Source: a virus. From it: DNA of 64,000 nt. A program made the translations under genes and the position numbers. The notes under the pieces were generated by a model. The model searched no databases and was not told the DNA's origin. It saw only the letters and a program-made list of their open reading frames with translations. The first letter of the stretch is position 1, and each line of letters opens with the position of its first letter. This document shows positions 20,433 to 29,711 of this stretch, piece by piece. The DNA is taken from positions 71,212-135,211 of the IMG/VR virus record IMGVR_UViG_3300032293_000766, one strand, 5' to 3'.

Positions 20433-20823
20433 AATATATATCCTTCATAGTAATTTTTTCTACTGTGATTCCAGACGATTTAAGTATATGTCGTATTTCT
20501 GACAAGTCAGATATAAAGACTTTATCTTCTATGATATTAGCATATTGTCCCATATTGATATTTCCACTTAGCACATACTGTGATAAAGTGTGCAAATCTA
20601 TTCCACTTAACACTAGTTTGCACCCATAGCGCATCTTAGAAAATATAGAGTTAAATGCTTGCGACAAGTCAGCCAGCTTGATTTTTTCAAGCCCATCGAT
20701 AAAGATAATTTCTTCACATGAATTATTAGATATATCTTCAAGATTAAACTTTCCATTATTTACTGCTATTGTTTCATAGCCACTTATATTTTTACCTACA
20801 TCGCTCGTAATATATAGTTTCAT
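20395..20823 (-). CDS. truncated class I SAM-methyltransferase-like protein
   Basis: ISNNSCEEIIFIDGLEKI...IFSKMRYGCKLVLSGID matches the C-terminal half of Methyltransf_11-type proteins; no GxG motif. Confidence 0.5.
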   Translation of the reverse strand: MKLYITSDVGKNISGYETIAVNNGKFNLEDISNNSCEEIIFIDGLEKIKLADLSQAFNSIFSKMRYGCKLVLSGIDLHTLSQYVLSGNINMGQYANIIEDKVFISDLSEIRHILKSSGITVEKITMKDIYYEISARRKALSN

Positions 20824-21809
20824 GTTTGTTCCTCATAAGTTTCATCAAATACATTATTCCAACTGTTTACAAATGCTGATAGAGAAAATCTATTTTCAAT
20901 AGTTTGTCTAGCATTATTTCCAATGGTGCGTCTTAATTCTTTGTCTGCTAATAACTTAACGATATATGATCTTAATTCAGATTCATCGTTAGATATAAAT
21001 CCATTTACGCCATTATCTACAATCTCTGGAATCATACAAGTCGCAGTAGATACAACGGCACAACCACAAGACATTGCTTCTAACAATGACATGGGTATTG
21101 GACTTAATGTAGAAGTGTTGAGATACACCCCACACTCATTATACGCTTTGACAAGCTCTTCTGTATCCTTTGCTGGTTCGGATAAGCCCTTGGTATCTCC
21201 AACAAGTTTAGTTGATAATCCACTTGTTATTCTTTCCCACCCATAATAATTAAGACAATAGTCTCTCTTTATAAAATCATTGGCTACTGTAAGTATATTG
21301 TCCTGTTTTACAGCATTGTTATCCTTAAATGTTTCTGTGTCTAAGCCATGATGTATTATTTTTGTATTATACGTAATACCCCAAGCGTTTTTAGAATATT
21401 CAGATATGAATACATTTTTGTTGCCAATCATCTGTCTCATTTGATCAAATTGTTCTTTACTAATAGTCTGTGGTGTTGGCACAGTGTGTTCTAAAACAAT
21501 AATCGGCAACTGTAGCCTCTCGTTTATTTGTTGAGCTACTTGATACTGCCAGAATTTACTTTGAACTAGTATGAAATCGAAGTCAAGATAACTTGATACT
21601 TCATTTTCTGGTAAAATGTGATAATTGGCTGGAACCTCCACCTGTTCCTTATTCCATTTTTTACTTCCCTTAAGATGGAAGGAATAAAACTCATGTCCAG
21701 TTTTACACAGCTGAGTCTCATATCTTTCGTGTGTAGGGAATGTTAATATCCTATACTTCTCTGGCTTTGCGCTATTAGCCAAACTAATTATCTTGCTTAA
21801 TTTACTCAT
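20820..21809 (-). CDS. GT4 (GT-B) glycosyltransferase
   Basis: IIHHGLDTETF; YLNTSTLSPIPMSLLEAMSCGCAVVST...EIVDNGVNGF. Confidence 0.9.
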   Translation of the reverse strand: MSKLSKIISLANSAKPEKYRILTFPTHERYETQLCKTGHEFYSFHLKGSKKWNKEQVEVPANYHILPENEVSSYLDFDFILVQSKFWQYQVAQQINERLQLPIIVLEHTVPTPQTISKEQFDQMRQMIGNKNVFISEYSKNAWGITYNTKIIHHGLDTETFKDNNAVKQDNILTVANDFIKRDYCLNYYGWERITSGLSTKLVGDTKGLSEPAKDTEELVKAYNECGVYLNTSTLSPIPMSLLEAMSCGCAVVSTATCMIPEIVDNGVNGFISNDESELRSYIVKLLADKELRRTIGNNARQTIENRFSLSAFVNSWNNVFDETYEEQT

Positions 21810-22914
21810 TGATATAATCCTTAATAAGTTTTCCAATATTTTCATATGAGAACTTTTTACCTTGCTCAAAACCACAATCTTTATTGATATTATCTCTATT
21901 CTCATAGTAATATCTCATCGCAGCCTTTATTTCTCTTTCGCTAGGAACAAACCACTCTTCTTTTCCCGTAAAAATAAAATCAAAAGCAGCATCTTTTTGA
22001 CAACAAACTGAATAAACGCCATTGACTAATGTGCCGCAATTTGTATCATTACTTAGGTATTCTTTTGGGCCACCCTCATTGCAAGCAATTGGTGTATTTC
22101 CAAAACACATTGCGTCAAATGTAGGTATAGACCACGCTTCTCCATGCGATACATTTATGAAGCAATTGCATGAACTGTGAAGGCTTAAAATTTGTTCTTC
22201 TTTAAGCGAACCGCATATGATAATTTCTTGCTTATATCTATTTAGATCTTTATGTATTCTTAAATTCTTTTTTATATCAGAACAAAAGTCATTTACATAT
22301 CTAAAAAGTACTTCGTCACCAACGCCATACTTCTTTACTTTTAATACCAAGTCTACATTGTCATTTTCTTGAAACTCTGAGTGGAAAGACTTGACTATAC
22401 TCTCTAAATTCTTACGTTCATTTAGATCTAAAATGGTATAGAACTTAAATGTAGATAGGTCTGGAAATGCTATATGATTGTAGAATCCCCTATACTTTAT
22501 CATATCAAATGTATGTGGAACTACTTTAACATTAACTAAACCGTCTGATATTAATCTGTTTTTTGCATCTGTGTTAGGAACCCAGACTTCATCCATTTGT
22601 TTGAGTGCGCCCAGCCACGGTATATGCTTAATTGTATTTGACTCAAAAACAAAATATGCAATATTCTTTTTGAATTTTTCAGTAGGCACTAAGTGGTGTG
22701 GCAAAACGTGCTGAATGCAAACATCTATATCTTGAACATGTTTTTGCTCAAGTTCCAAAATGCGTTTAGGTAAATTTTCAACATTATCATTTGTAAGTGT
22801 AATATTTCTACAAACTACATTTTCTCCCGCAGCATCTAGAGCTAGAATATAATCTATCGCTGCCTGCGACCAACCACTACTCTCTTTGTAATGTCCGATA
22901 TATAATATGTTCAT
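21802..22914 (-). CDS. GT4 (GT-B) glycosyltransferase
   Basis: SGWSQAA; DEVWVPN; ERKNL; FINVSHGEAWSIPTFDAMCFGNTPI. Confidence 0.85.
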   Translation of the reverse strand: MNILYIGHYKESSGWSQAAIDYILALDAAGENVVCRNITLTNDNVENLPKRILELEQKHVQDIDVCIQHVLPHHLVPTEKFKKNIAYFVFESNTIKHIPWLGALKQMDEVWVPNTDAKNRLISDGLVNVKVVPHTFDMIKYRGFYNHIAFPDLSTFKFYTILDLNERKNLESIVKSFHSEFQENDNVDLVLKVKKYGVGDEVLFRYVNDFCSDIKKNLRIHKDLNRYKQEIIICGSLKEEQILSLHSSCNCFINVSHGEAWSIPTFDAMCFGNTPIACNEGGPKEYLSNDTNCGTLVNGVYSVCCQKDAAFDFIFTGKEEWFVPSEREIKAAMRYYYENRDNINKDCGFEQGKKFSYENIGKLIKDYINE

Positions 22915-23543
22915 TTGATGATATTCCTTAGTACTTCTTCTTTTAATTTAACTTGATCTTTTAAATTTCCATGAGTTGAGCTAATGTTACACGCATGATA
23001 TATAAATTTACCTTCGTGATTAAAAGCTTGTGCTGGAAATATTTCTGTATGTTCTATAATATCATGATGATTACATTTTAACATACGCTGTAATATTGGT
23101 TGCTCATATGATGAAAATCCTGTATTTTTTCCCTGCTGGATCATATCATTAATAATTTGTAAACTATAAGCACTGTTTTTGAAAATTACAGCACCAATAT
23201 TAATATTCCAATATCTTTCTCGCGGATCACAGCTGGTATGACATAGTAATATATCAGCTTTTTCCCTTGACATACTAATGATGTTTCTTAGATCGATACT
23301 TTGATCTACTATAATTGCATCAATATCAAGTAAAAAAATCCAATCGTGGGTTTTTTCTTCTAATAGTTGTTTAACTAAGAAGATTTTGTCCCAATATTTT
23401 TTACTTGTAGATTCTTCACTAGATGTCTTTACTACCTTATAGTCTATTCTATATTTATCAAAATAAACTTTATTATGTGGATATACTATATTGTATATGT
23501 CTTGAAAATTATCTTCATAATTAGAAATACATATCAGCTTCAT
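22911..23543 (-). CDS. GT34-like (galactosyl/xylosyl/mannosyl) glycosyltransferase
   Basis: YWDKIFLVKQLL, DWIFLLDIDAII (DxD), NIGAVIFKNS, YEQ and FIYHA motifs. Confidence 0.8.
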   Translation of the reverse strand: MKLICISNYEDNFQDIYNIVYPHNKVYFDKYRIDYKVVKTSSEESTSKKYWDKIFLVKQLLEEKTHDWIFLLDIDAIIVDQSIDLRNIISMSREKADILLCHTSCDPRERYWNINIGAVIFKNSAYSLQIINDMIQQGKNTGFSSYEQPILQRMLKCNHHDIIEHTEIFPAQAFNHEGKFIYHACNISSTHGNLKDQVKLKEEVLRNIIK

Positions 23544-25201
23544 ATATTCATTGCCTGTATTCTTTTTTGCTCCCAGTGATTCCTTCTTTCGCACAAAGCT
23601 GAAAAATGCTTATAGGCATCTTCAAAAGAGAATGGTGTTAAACGTTTACCATCAAACGCTGCTGAACTTTCATTATAATACATTCCACCAGTATTAGCGG
23701 TAGATGTTTTATATGTTAAATCTCTTGTTAACCTAGCCTCCATAAAAGTATTTAACTTTTCTGGTTCTCTTAAGACTTCAGCTATTAACCACTGAGCTAA
23801 TTGTTGATAATCAGATGTACCTCTTAATTGATCTTCTGTTAGCGGTGGAGCAGATTGAGCAATTCTAGGTGGAGACTTCCAAGATTTTTCATCTGGAATA
23901 ATATCTATACTATCGAAATACTTCTCCCACTGCCCACCACTTATATGCCACTGGAAATTCTTTTCAAATAATTCCCTTGTTTTCTTACCAAGTTCTTCTC
24001 GCTCTTCCTTGGTTTTACTGAAGAATTCTAGAAATTTTTGGGCTGCAAAATCATTGTCTGGAACTGCTCTCATGCAACCAGTTTCTAGCTCTTTATACAA
24101 AGCTTTTGGTGTTAGCGGAGTTCCACCAAGTTGCCTTATGACGCTTTCCATAGCTGAGTAATCTGTAGACATAACTGGTATACCGCAAGCTGCCGCCTCT
24201 ACTTGTGGAAGTCCAAATCCTTCACAGTTAGCATATTGAACGTATAGATCAAAAAGATTCATTATCATAGATAGATGTTCATAGCTTGCACCATTTTTGA
24301 CACTAGAAATAGTTGCTCCGTACTTTTGAGTAAATGGAGAAACTGTTATAGCACTCCTAAATAAGCTAGGAAATGGCTGTTTAGTGTCTGGGCATATGTA
24401 TGTAAAATATACCTTACTAGCTAATTCATTTTCTTGAATTAATTCTGGTAAATCCCATCCTAGATCTGGATAACTTGTGTGACAATATAGAAAATAATTT
24501 TCTGGATCTGGTACTAATGATAAGAACTTCTTAAAAGCTATAAATAGGTCTGGATAAAGTTTTCTACGCTGATTTCTCATCACGGTGCCAATGATTTTAG
24601 CATTAGGGTTTAAACCCAAACTTTGTCTTAACGCTTCTTTATTTTCGATAGGCTTATATGCAGGATCAGCAGAAGGTGGAGAACTTCCTAGGTAATTAAT
24701 TCTACCACCAGATTGTTCAGTTAATACCTTACCAGCCCAATCTGAATAAGTAAAGCAGGCGTCAGCGTTTGCATAAGTTGCAATCCATTGACGCGCCTGT
24801 GGAGCGGCATCTACAGTAGGCATAATTGCCCACTTAAAGAAGTTTCTAAATGGAGATCTTTCAACAAAGTCTAACATCCAAAAATCTCGTATATCGCAAA
24901 CAACGTCTGGCTTAAAATCTAGACAAACGTCATTGAATATAAATTCACCAAACTGATTTGTTGCCATTGAGTTATAAGCATCGTGTTCCTCTCTTGGGCA
25001 TTTATCATCTGGAGCTACGCCATAGTATTTCCAAGGTAAACTTAAACCTCTTGGATCATGCCTATGTCCATACGCAGCCATTTCTGCAATTTCATACTTA
25101 TTTGTACTATGTAAGTACTTTAGTATTTCTCTAGTATAAGTAGCGTATCCGGTATTTAAAAATGTAGCTTCACTACAAAATAATATTCTTTTTTTTCTCA
25201 T
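23540..25201 (-). CDS. GT4 (GT-B) glycosyltransferase, 553 aa
   Basis: TGYATY; VMRNQRRKLYP; GWDL; ANCEGFGLPQVEAAACGIPVMSTDYSAM. Confidence 0.9.
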   Translation of the reverse strand: MRKKRILFCSEATFLNTGYATYTREILKYLHSTNKYEIAEMAAYGHRHDPRGLSLPWKYYGVAPDDKCPREEHDAYNSMATNQFGEFIFNDVCLDFKPDVVCDIRDFWMLDFVERSPFRNFFKWAIMPTVDAAPQARQWIATYANADACFTYSDWAGKVLTEQSGGRINYLGSSPPSADPAYKPIENKEALRQSLGLNPNAKIIGTVMRNQRRKLYPDLFIAFKKFLSLVPDPENYFLYCHTSYPDLGWDLPELIQENELASKVYFTYICPDTKQPFPSLFRSAITVSPFTQKYGATISSVKNGASYEHLSMIMNLFDLYVQYANCEGFGLPQVEAAACGIPVMSTDYSAMESVIRQLGGTPLTPKALYKELETGCMRAVPDNDFAAQKFLEFFSKTKEEREELGKKTRELFEKNFQWHISGGQWEKYFDSIDIIPDEKSWKSPPRIAQSAPPLTEDQLRGTSDYQQLAQWLIAEVLREPEKLNTFMEARLTRDLTYKTSTANTGGMYYNESSAAFDGKRLTPFSFEDAYKHFSALCERRNHWEQKRIQAMNI

Positions 25202-25205
25202 AGTA

Positions 25206-25520
25206 TTATTCTCTATTTTCTATATTACAAATGTCAAATTCATTGATTCTAAATACTATTCTATCGTCGTTTTTTTCTACTTGTCTTGCGCTAGCATTTA
25301 TAGTTATTTTAGTTCCTTTGTTAGCAAATTTTGCAATAGTTTCAGCGCCGGTATGCCACGCCTCGCAGTAAATATGTGTAGCCAACTTTGTTTTTTCGCC
25401 AGTACTTTTAGCTTTTCTGTAAGAATAAACTACTAATATAAACTCTGCTAAAGTGACTCCATCCATTTTACTTATGATTGGATCTTCTGTCAAGTATCCA
25501 GTAAATAAACAAGAATTCAT
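25206..25520 (-). CDS. ssb: short SSB-like OB-fold protein
   Basis: MNSCLFTGYLTEDP...CEAWHTGAETIAKFANKGTKITI; no acidic C-terminal tail. Confidence 0.7.
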   Translation of the reverse strand: MNSCLFTGYLTEDPIISKMDGVTLAEFILVVYSYRKAKSTGEKTKLATHIYCEAWHTGAETIAKFANKGTKITINASARQVEKNDDRIVFRINEFDICNIENRE

Positions 25521-25521
25521 T

Positions 25522-27081
25522 CTATGTCTCCATTATTTTTTCAATTATTAACGAATCGTTTTTACCCTTTGTATTACAGCATAAGACTAAATTATTACCT
25601 TCATAAAGAACGTACTTATACTTTTCTTTGACTGACGGAAAAGCTACAACATTATCTAGTATGCAAGTATCATCTTCAATAGTCAAAAATGCCATTTTTT
25701 GTCCTTTAGATTCTCCATTTTTTATGGTGTATTCTGATATTAGTTTTATATTGGCTACTATACAAATATTACCACCCTTTTTGCCATTTACAATTTCTTT
25801 ACATGTTGTATTAGCTAAAGATGTATCAGCTGTTTCTACTTTTGTTAGAGTTATGGGGCAACCTAGGAATTTGATTTCTTGATCAATAATCCACTTAGTA
25901 CTATCTTCTAGACTGTATGGTGGATTAAGGAGTAGTTGAATTTCATTTTCTACAACTTGTTGCCTTTCTTTTTTACTAGTTCCCCCACCCAGCTTCTTAG
26001 TTGGTGCTAATGATTTAAGGGCTTCTAGTAAATTAGGCCATAGCATTGTATTATACTCCTGTGATAACCATTTTTGCTCTGATGAAGTTAAAGTTCTAAA
26101 AATTTCATATTCATATAATGCCCTTGTTCTACTAATAGACCCATTAAAGTCTCTAAAAAAGCCTACAGAAGCTAAAGACTTAAATGCTGTAGAGCTTATC
26201 TTTTCTCCAAGATATAGCAATATTTCCAGCCATGTAAATTTTGTTATCTTCTTAGACTTTTCTAGTTCCACTGAATGTATTGCCGCTATTACAGCATCCC
26301 CAGTTTTACCAGAAAGAGATTTAATATCTTTGATGCCAAAGAAAATTTTCCCGTCTTTTATGTTAAACTTTTCTTCGAAATTGTTTAGGCTAGGAGTTGC
26401 CGCTTGAATATCAAATAGTTTTGCTTCTGAGACTAATTCATATATTTCTTGATGTGGATCTTGTTTTTCTATAGCGTGATACAAATATGATAAGAAAAAT
26501 TCTTTTGTATTATGAGCTTTATAGTAGGCACTCCAATATGAACAAACCGCGTATGAAACGCTGTGAGATTTATTAAAGGCATATCTTGATGACTTTTCGA
26601 TCCATCCGAATATCTGCTCTGCCTCTTCCTTAGAAACGATCCCAACGCGCTCTGCGCCAGCTATAAATGATTTTTTGACTTCATTCATAAGATCGGCCTT
26701 CTTTTTTCCAATGGCCTTACGAAGAACGTCAGCTTCTTGTAGGTTAAATCCAGCTATTTTTTCTGCAATACGCATGGACTGTTCTTGATAAACTAAAACT
26801 CCATATGTTGGCTTTAGTATATCTTCTAATGATGAATGTAGGTATGTAACTTCTTCTCTACCATGTTTTCTATCTACATAGTGTTGAGTCATAGACTTTC
26901 CATCTAACATAGACTTAAGAGTTCCCGGCCTTATAATTGCTATAAGTGCTGATAACTCTTCTATATTATTTGGTGCTAATTTTTTTGACCAAGATTTACC
27001 TAGATTGCTTTCAAGCTGAAAGACGCCTTTAGTTCTTCCTTCAGCAAAAAGCTTCCAAGTTTTTTCATCATTATATTCCAT
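25522..27081 (-). CDS. dnaE: DNA polymerase III alpha subunit, C-terminal part (fingers, HhH, OB)
   Basis: GVFQLES, IIRPG, PTYGVLVYQEQ, LRKAIGKKK, YAFNKSHSVSY, MAFLTIED. Confidence 0.95.
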   Translation of the reverse strand: MEYNDEKTWKLFAEGRTKGVFQLESNLGKSWSKKLAPNNIEELSALIAIIRPGTLKSMLDGKSMTQHYVDRKHGREEVTYLHSSLEDILKPTYGVLVYQEQSMRIAEKIAGFNLQEADVLRKAIGKKKADLMNEVKKSFIAGAERVGIVSKEEAEQIFGWIEKSSRYAFNKSHSVSYAVCSYWSAYYKAHNTKEFFLSYLYHAIEKQDPHQEIYELVSEAKLFDIQAATPSLNNFEEKFNIKDGKIFFGIKDIKSLSGKTGDAVIAAIHSVELEKSKKITKFTWLEILLYLGEKISSTAFKSLASVGFFRDFNGSISRTRALYEYEIFRTLTSSEQKWLSQEYNTMLWPNLLEALKSLAPTKKLGGGTSKKERQQVVENEIQLLLNPPYSLEDSTKWIIDQEIKFLGCPITLTKVETADTSLANTTCKEIVNGKKGGNICIVANIKLISEYTIKNGESKGQKMAFLTIEDDTCILDNVVAFPSVKEKYKYVLYEGNNLVLCCNTKGKNDSLIIEKIMET

Positions 27082-27416
27082 TATATTTTTCCTAGTAAAT
27101 AATTCAAAGCATTTACCACACCCTCTATATTATCTCCAAGCTTACCAAGCCCAGTATTACAACGCTCACATATCCACCCTCTAAATTTATTAGTTTTGTG
27201 ATCATGATCTAGACACCATTTAAGTGGAACTTTTTTACAACACTCGCACAATTCTGGTTTATCTGGAGCATTTTTATGCAAATCTCTCCTAATGGACGAA
27301 TGTTTCTTGATACAACTTCTACATCGCATATCTAACTTATCTTTGTACATACTATGTCTAGGAAATTGATCTAAAGACTTTTTTAATTGACAGTAAATAC
27401 ATACTTTATTTGACAT
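27081..27416 (-). CDS. endonuclease VII-type (His-Me) free-standing endonuclease
   Basis: CECC...LDHDHKTNKFRGWICERCNTGLG plus an N-terminal CxxC...CxxC. Confidence 0.85.
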   Translation of the reverse strand: MSNKVCIYCQLKKSLDQFPRHSMYKDKLDMRCRSCIKKHSSIRRDLHKNAPDKPELCECCKKVPLKWCLDHDHKTNKFRGWICERCNTGLGKLGDNIEGVVNALNYLLGKI

Positions 27417-28086
27417 AAAGATTACCATTAGCAAAGGCTTTTTCAAATTCTATATTTTGATAAACGGCTCTATGAGTTTTTAGCAATTTGATGAATATAT
27501 TGGCAGTGTCTTTTACGTCTTGTAGTGCGTCGTGAGCATTTTCTGAACTCAATCCCATCTTTTCTCTTAATGAATCCATGCTAATAGATTTAACACTAGG
27601 ATCTCCCTCCGTCCACATGAAAATATTGTCCATTAGATCAACTTTGTAAACTTTACTAAACAGTTTAGCGTTGTCTTTTGTTTTATCCCAAGGGCCGAAT
27701 TCTTTGCAAAGTCTATTTATAATGATCAAATCAAAACCAACAATGTTGTATCCTACTGGTATTGGATTAAAAAATGGCTCACCCTTCCAATTATATTGAT
27801 CTACAAACTTGGTGAACTTTGTCCACACTGACTTTAGCAATGGGGCTTCTGCTAATTTCTCTCTCGTTTTACCAGTTATTTTTAAAGCGCCATCTTCTAT
27901 AGGGTCTAATCCAGCTGCGATTGCCTCTTCATCATCTAGTAATGGTCTTATTTCACTATTAAATGATCCTTTTACAGAAAGATCTCTTCCATCTAAAGCA
28001 AGTGCTGCAATTTGTGTTGGTTGAGTCTTATGTGGATTACGTGACCCTGTTTCAAAGTCAAAGACAATAAAATCTCTATTAGCCAT
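27406..28086 (-). CDS. dnaQ: DEDDh 3'-5' exonuclease (Pol III epsilon-like)
   Basis: VFDFETG, GYNIVGFD, AHDALQD motifs. Confidence 0.9.
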   Translation of the reverse strand: MANRDFIVFDFETGSRNPHKTQPTQIAALALDGRDLSVKGSFNSEIRPLLDDEEAIAAGLDPIEDGALKITGKTREKLAEAPLLKSVWTKFTKFVDQYNWKGEPFFNPIPVGYNIVGFDLIIINRLCKEFGPWDKTKDNAKLFSKVYKVDLMDNIFMWTEGDPSVKSISMDSLREKMGLSSENAHDALQDVKDTANIFIKLLKTHRAVYQNIEFEKAFANGNLYVK

Positions 28087-29659
28087 GTATATTTTCCTTT
28101 TTTGTAATATGTTCTACATACATTATCTTATCAAGTAAAGTCAAACCTAATACATCAAACTTTACATGACCTAGAGCTTCTAGGTCTACCATTTCTAATC
28201 CTGCAATTTTTTCTGATGAACCCTTTTGTTTGACCATAGGACATACTTTATATAGTGGCTCTTTAGATATAACAACACCAGCAGCATGTTTACCTTGAGT
28301 TTTAAACGTACCCTCTAACTTAATTGCTTGTTCGAAGTATTCAGCATAGTCTCCATCTAATGATCCATCATCATTTATTCTACAAAAATCTTGAAGCTCA
28401 TCTGCATTATTGATCAACGCCCACCTAATAATAGACCTATCATCGTCATCCATTTCTGCTAACTGATCTGATATTTCTGCTTCATTTGGTATAATTTTTG
28501 TTATTGCGTTCATTTCAGCAAAAGAGCAAGCTTCATTTACTCTCAATACTTCTTTTATGGCACTTCTCCCCTGTAGTCTTCCAAAAGTAATCATCTGGCT
28601 AACCTTATCGTGACCATATTTATCTTTAAGATATTTGATTACATCATCTCTATGATTAGCGGGAACGTCCATATCTATATCTGGCAAAGAAATATGATCT
28701 TCTGTATTTCTACCAGCATTATAGAATCTAGCAAACAAAAGATCAAATTCAATGGGGTCTATTTGAGTAACACCAATTAAATATGATATTAAACAACCAG
28801 CCGCCGATCCTCTTCCCGGCCCAGACAACCAACCGTTATCATGAACGTGTTTGATTATATCTTGCACGATTAAGAAATATCCGAATAGATTTGCGTTTTT
28901 GATTACGTCAAACTCTTCTTTGAATCTATCTAAATATTTCTGTTTGTTTACTTCGTCAGATACTTTCCCCTTATCAATTAGTAATGATTTCCAGCCTTTT
29001 CTACATAGCTCTTTCAAATACTCTTCTTCTGACAAATTATTTGGACATTTGAATTTTGGCAGAATTGGCTTATTTAGGATATCATAATCTTCGCACTGAT
29101 TGTAAACATCTTCAAGCACACGGGACACTTTACCAGCTACTACATATTTATTTTCATCTGTAAAAAACTGGGATACATTAGGATCAAGCTCATTCTTGCG
29201 TATTTGCTTTGCAACACTTGGTAATGTACTCTTTAATTCTGAGCATATTAATATTCTATGCAAATTGGCTTGATCTTTGTGGCAATAGAAGCTTGTGGGT
29301 ATGCCAATATCATGCTCAAGATATATAAGATTATTCTGTTTTAATAACCCCTTAATGTGTTTGATATCTATGTTATTGTCGTCATCTATTAATGACATAA
29401 TTTCAATGAGATTATTCCAGCCGTTCTTATTTTTGGCGTATAAGTTATAGCCGTCGAATGAACAGCCCAAAATAGGCTTAATCCCAACTTCTTTGCAAGC
29501 TTTATAAAAAGCCACACACCCAGATATGGTTTTATAGTCAGTAATACCACAAGCTGGATAACCATTCTCTCTACATAGCTTGGCTAGTTCTTTGGGCTTA
29601 GAAAAGCCTTTCAGCAAACTATAATGCGTATAATTATTTAATGGAAACCAATTCAACAT
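28079..29659 (-). CDS. dnaE: DNA polymerase III alpha subunit, N-terminal part (degenerate PHP + palm/thumb)
   Basis: THYSLLKG, GIKPILG, GPGRGSAAG, LPDIDMD, GKHAAGVVIS, VKFDVLGL. Confidence 0.95.
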   Translation of the reverse strand: MLNWFPLNNYTHYSLLKGFSKPKELAKLCRENGYPACGITDYKTISGCVAFYKACKEVGIKPILGCSFDGYNLYAKNKNGWNNLIEIMSLIDDDNNIDIKHIKGLLKQNNLIYLEHDIGIPTSFYCHKDQANLHRILICSELKSTLPSVAKQIRKNELDPNVSQFFTDENKYVVAGKVSRVLEDVYNQCEDYDILNKPILPKFKCPNNLSEEEYLKELCRKGWKSLLIDKGKVSDEVNKQKYLDRFKEEFDVIKNANLFGYFLIVQDIIKHVHDNGWLSGPGRGSAAGCLISYLIGVTQIDPIEFDLLFARFYNAGRNTEDHISLPDIDMDVPANHRDDVIKYLKDKYGHDKVSQMITFGRLQGRSAIKEVLRVNEACSFAEMNAITKIIPNEAEISDQLAEMDDDDRSIIRWALINNADELQDFCRINDDGSLDGDYAEYFEQAIKLEGTFKTQGKHAAGVVISKEPLYKVCPMVKQKGSSEKIAGLEMVDLEALGHVKFDVLGLTLLDKIMYVEHITKKENIHG

Positions 29660-29672
29660 ATAACCTCAATGT

Positions 29673-29700
29673 AAAAACGGGGGGGATATTTCACCCCCCT
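29673..29700 (-). terminator. rho-independent terminator
   Basis: - strand GGGGGG-TGAAATAT-CCCCCCC followed by GTTTTT. Confidence 0.8.
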
Positions 29701-29711
29701 TACGAATCAAT

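Noticed and set aside
25522-29659. Split intein or group I intron in dnaE
   Set aside because: No Cys/Ser-initiated N-intein, no HN-C/S/T C-intein end, and no non-coding space for an intron core; the intervening DNA is fully occupied by two ORFs.
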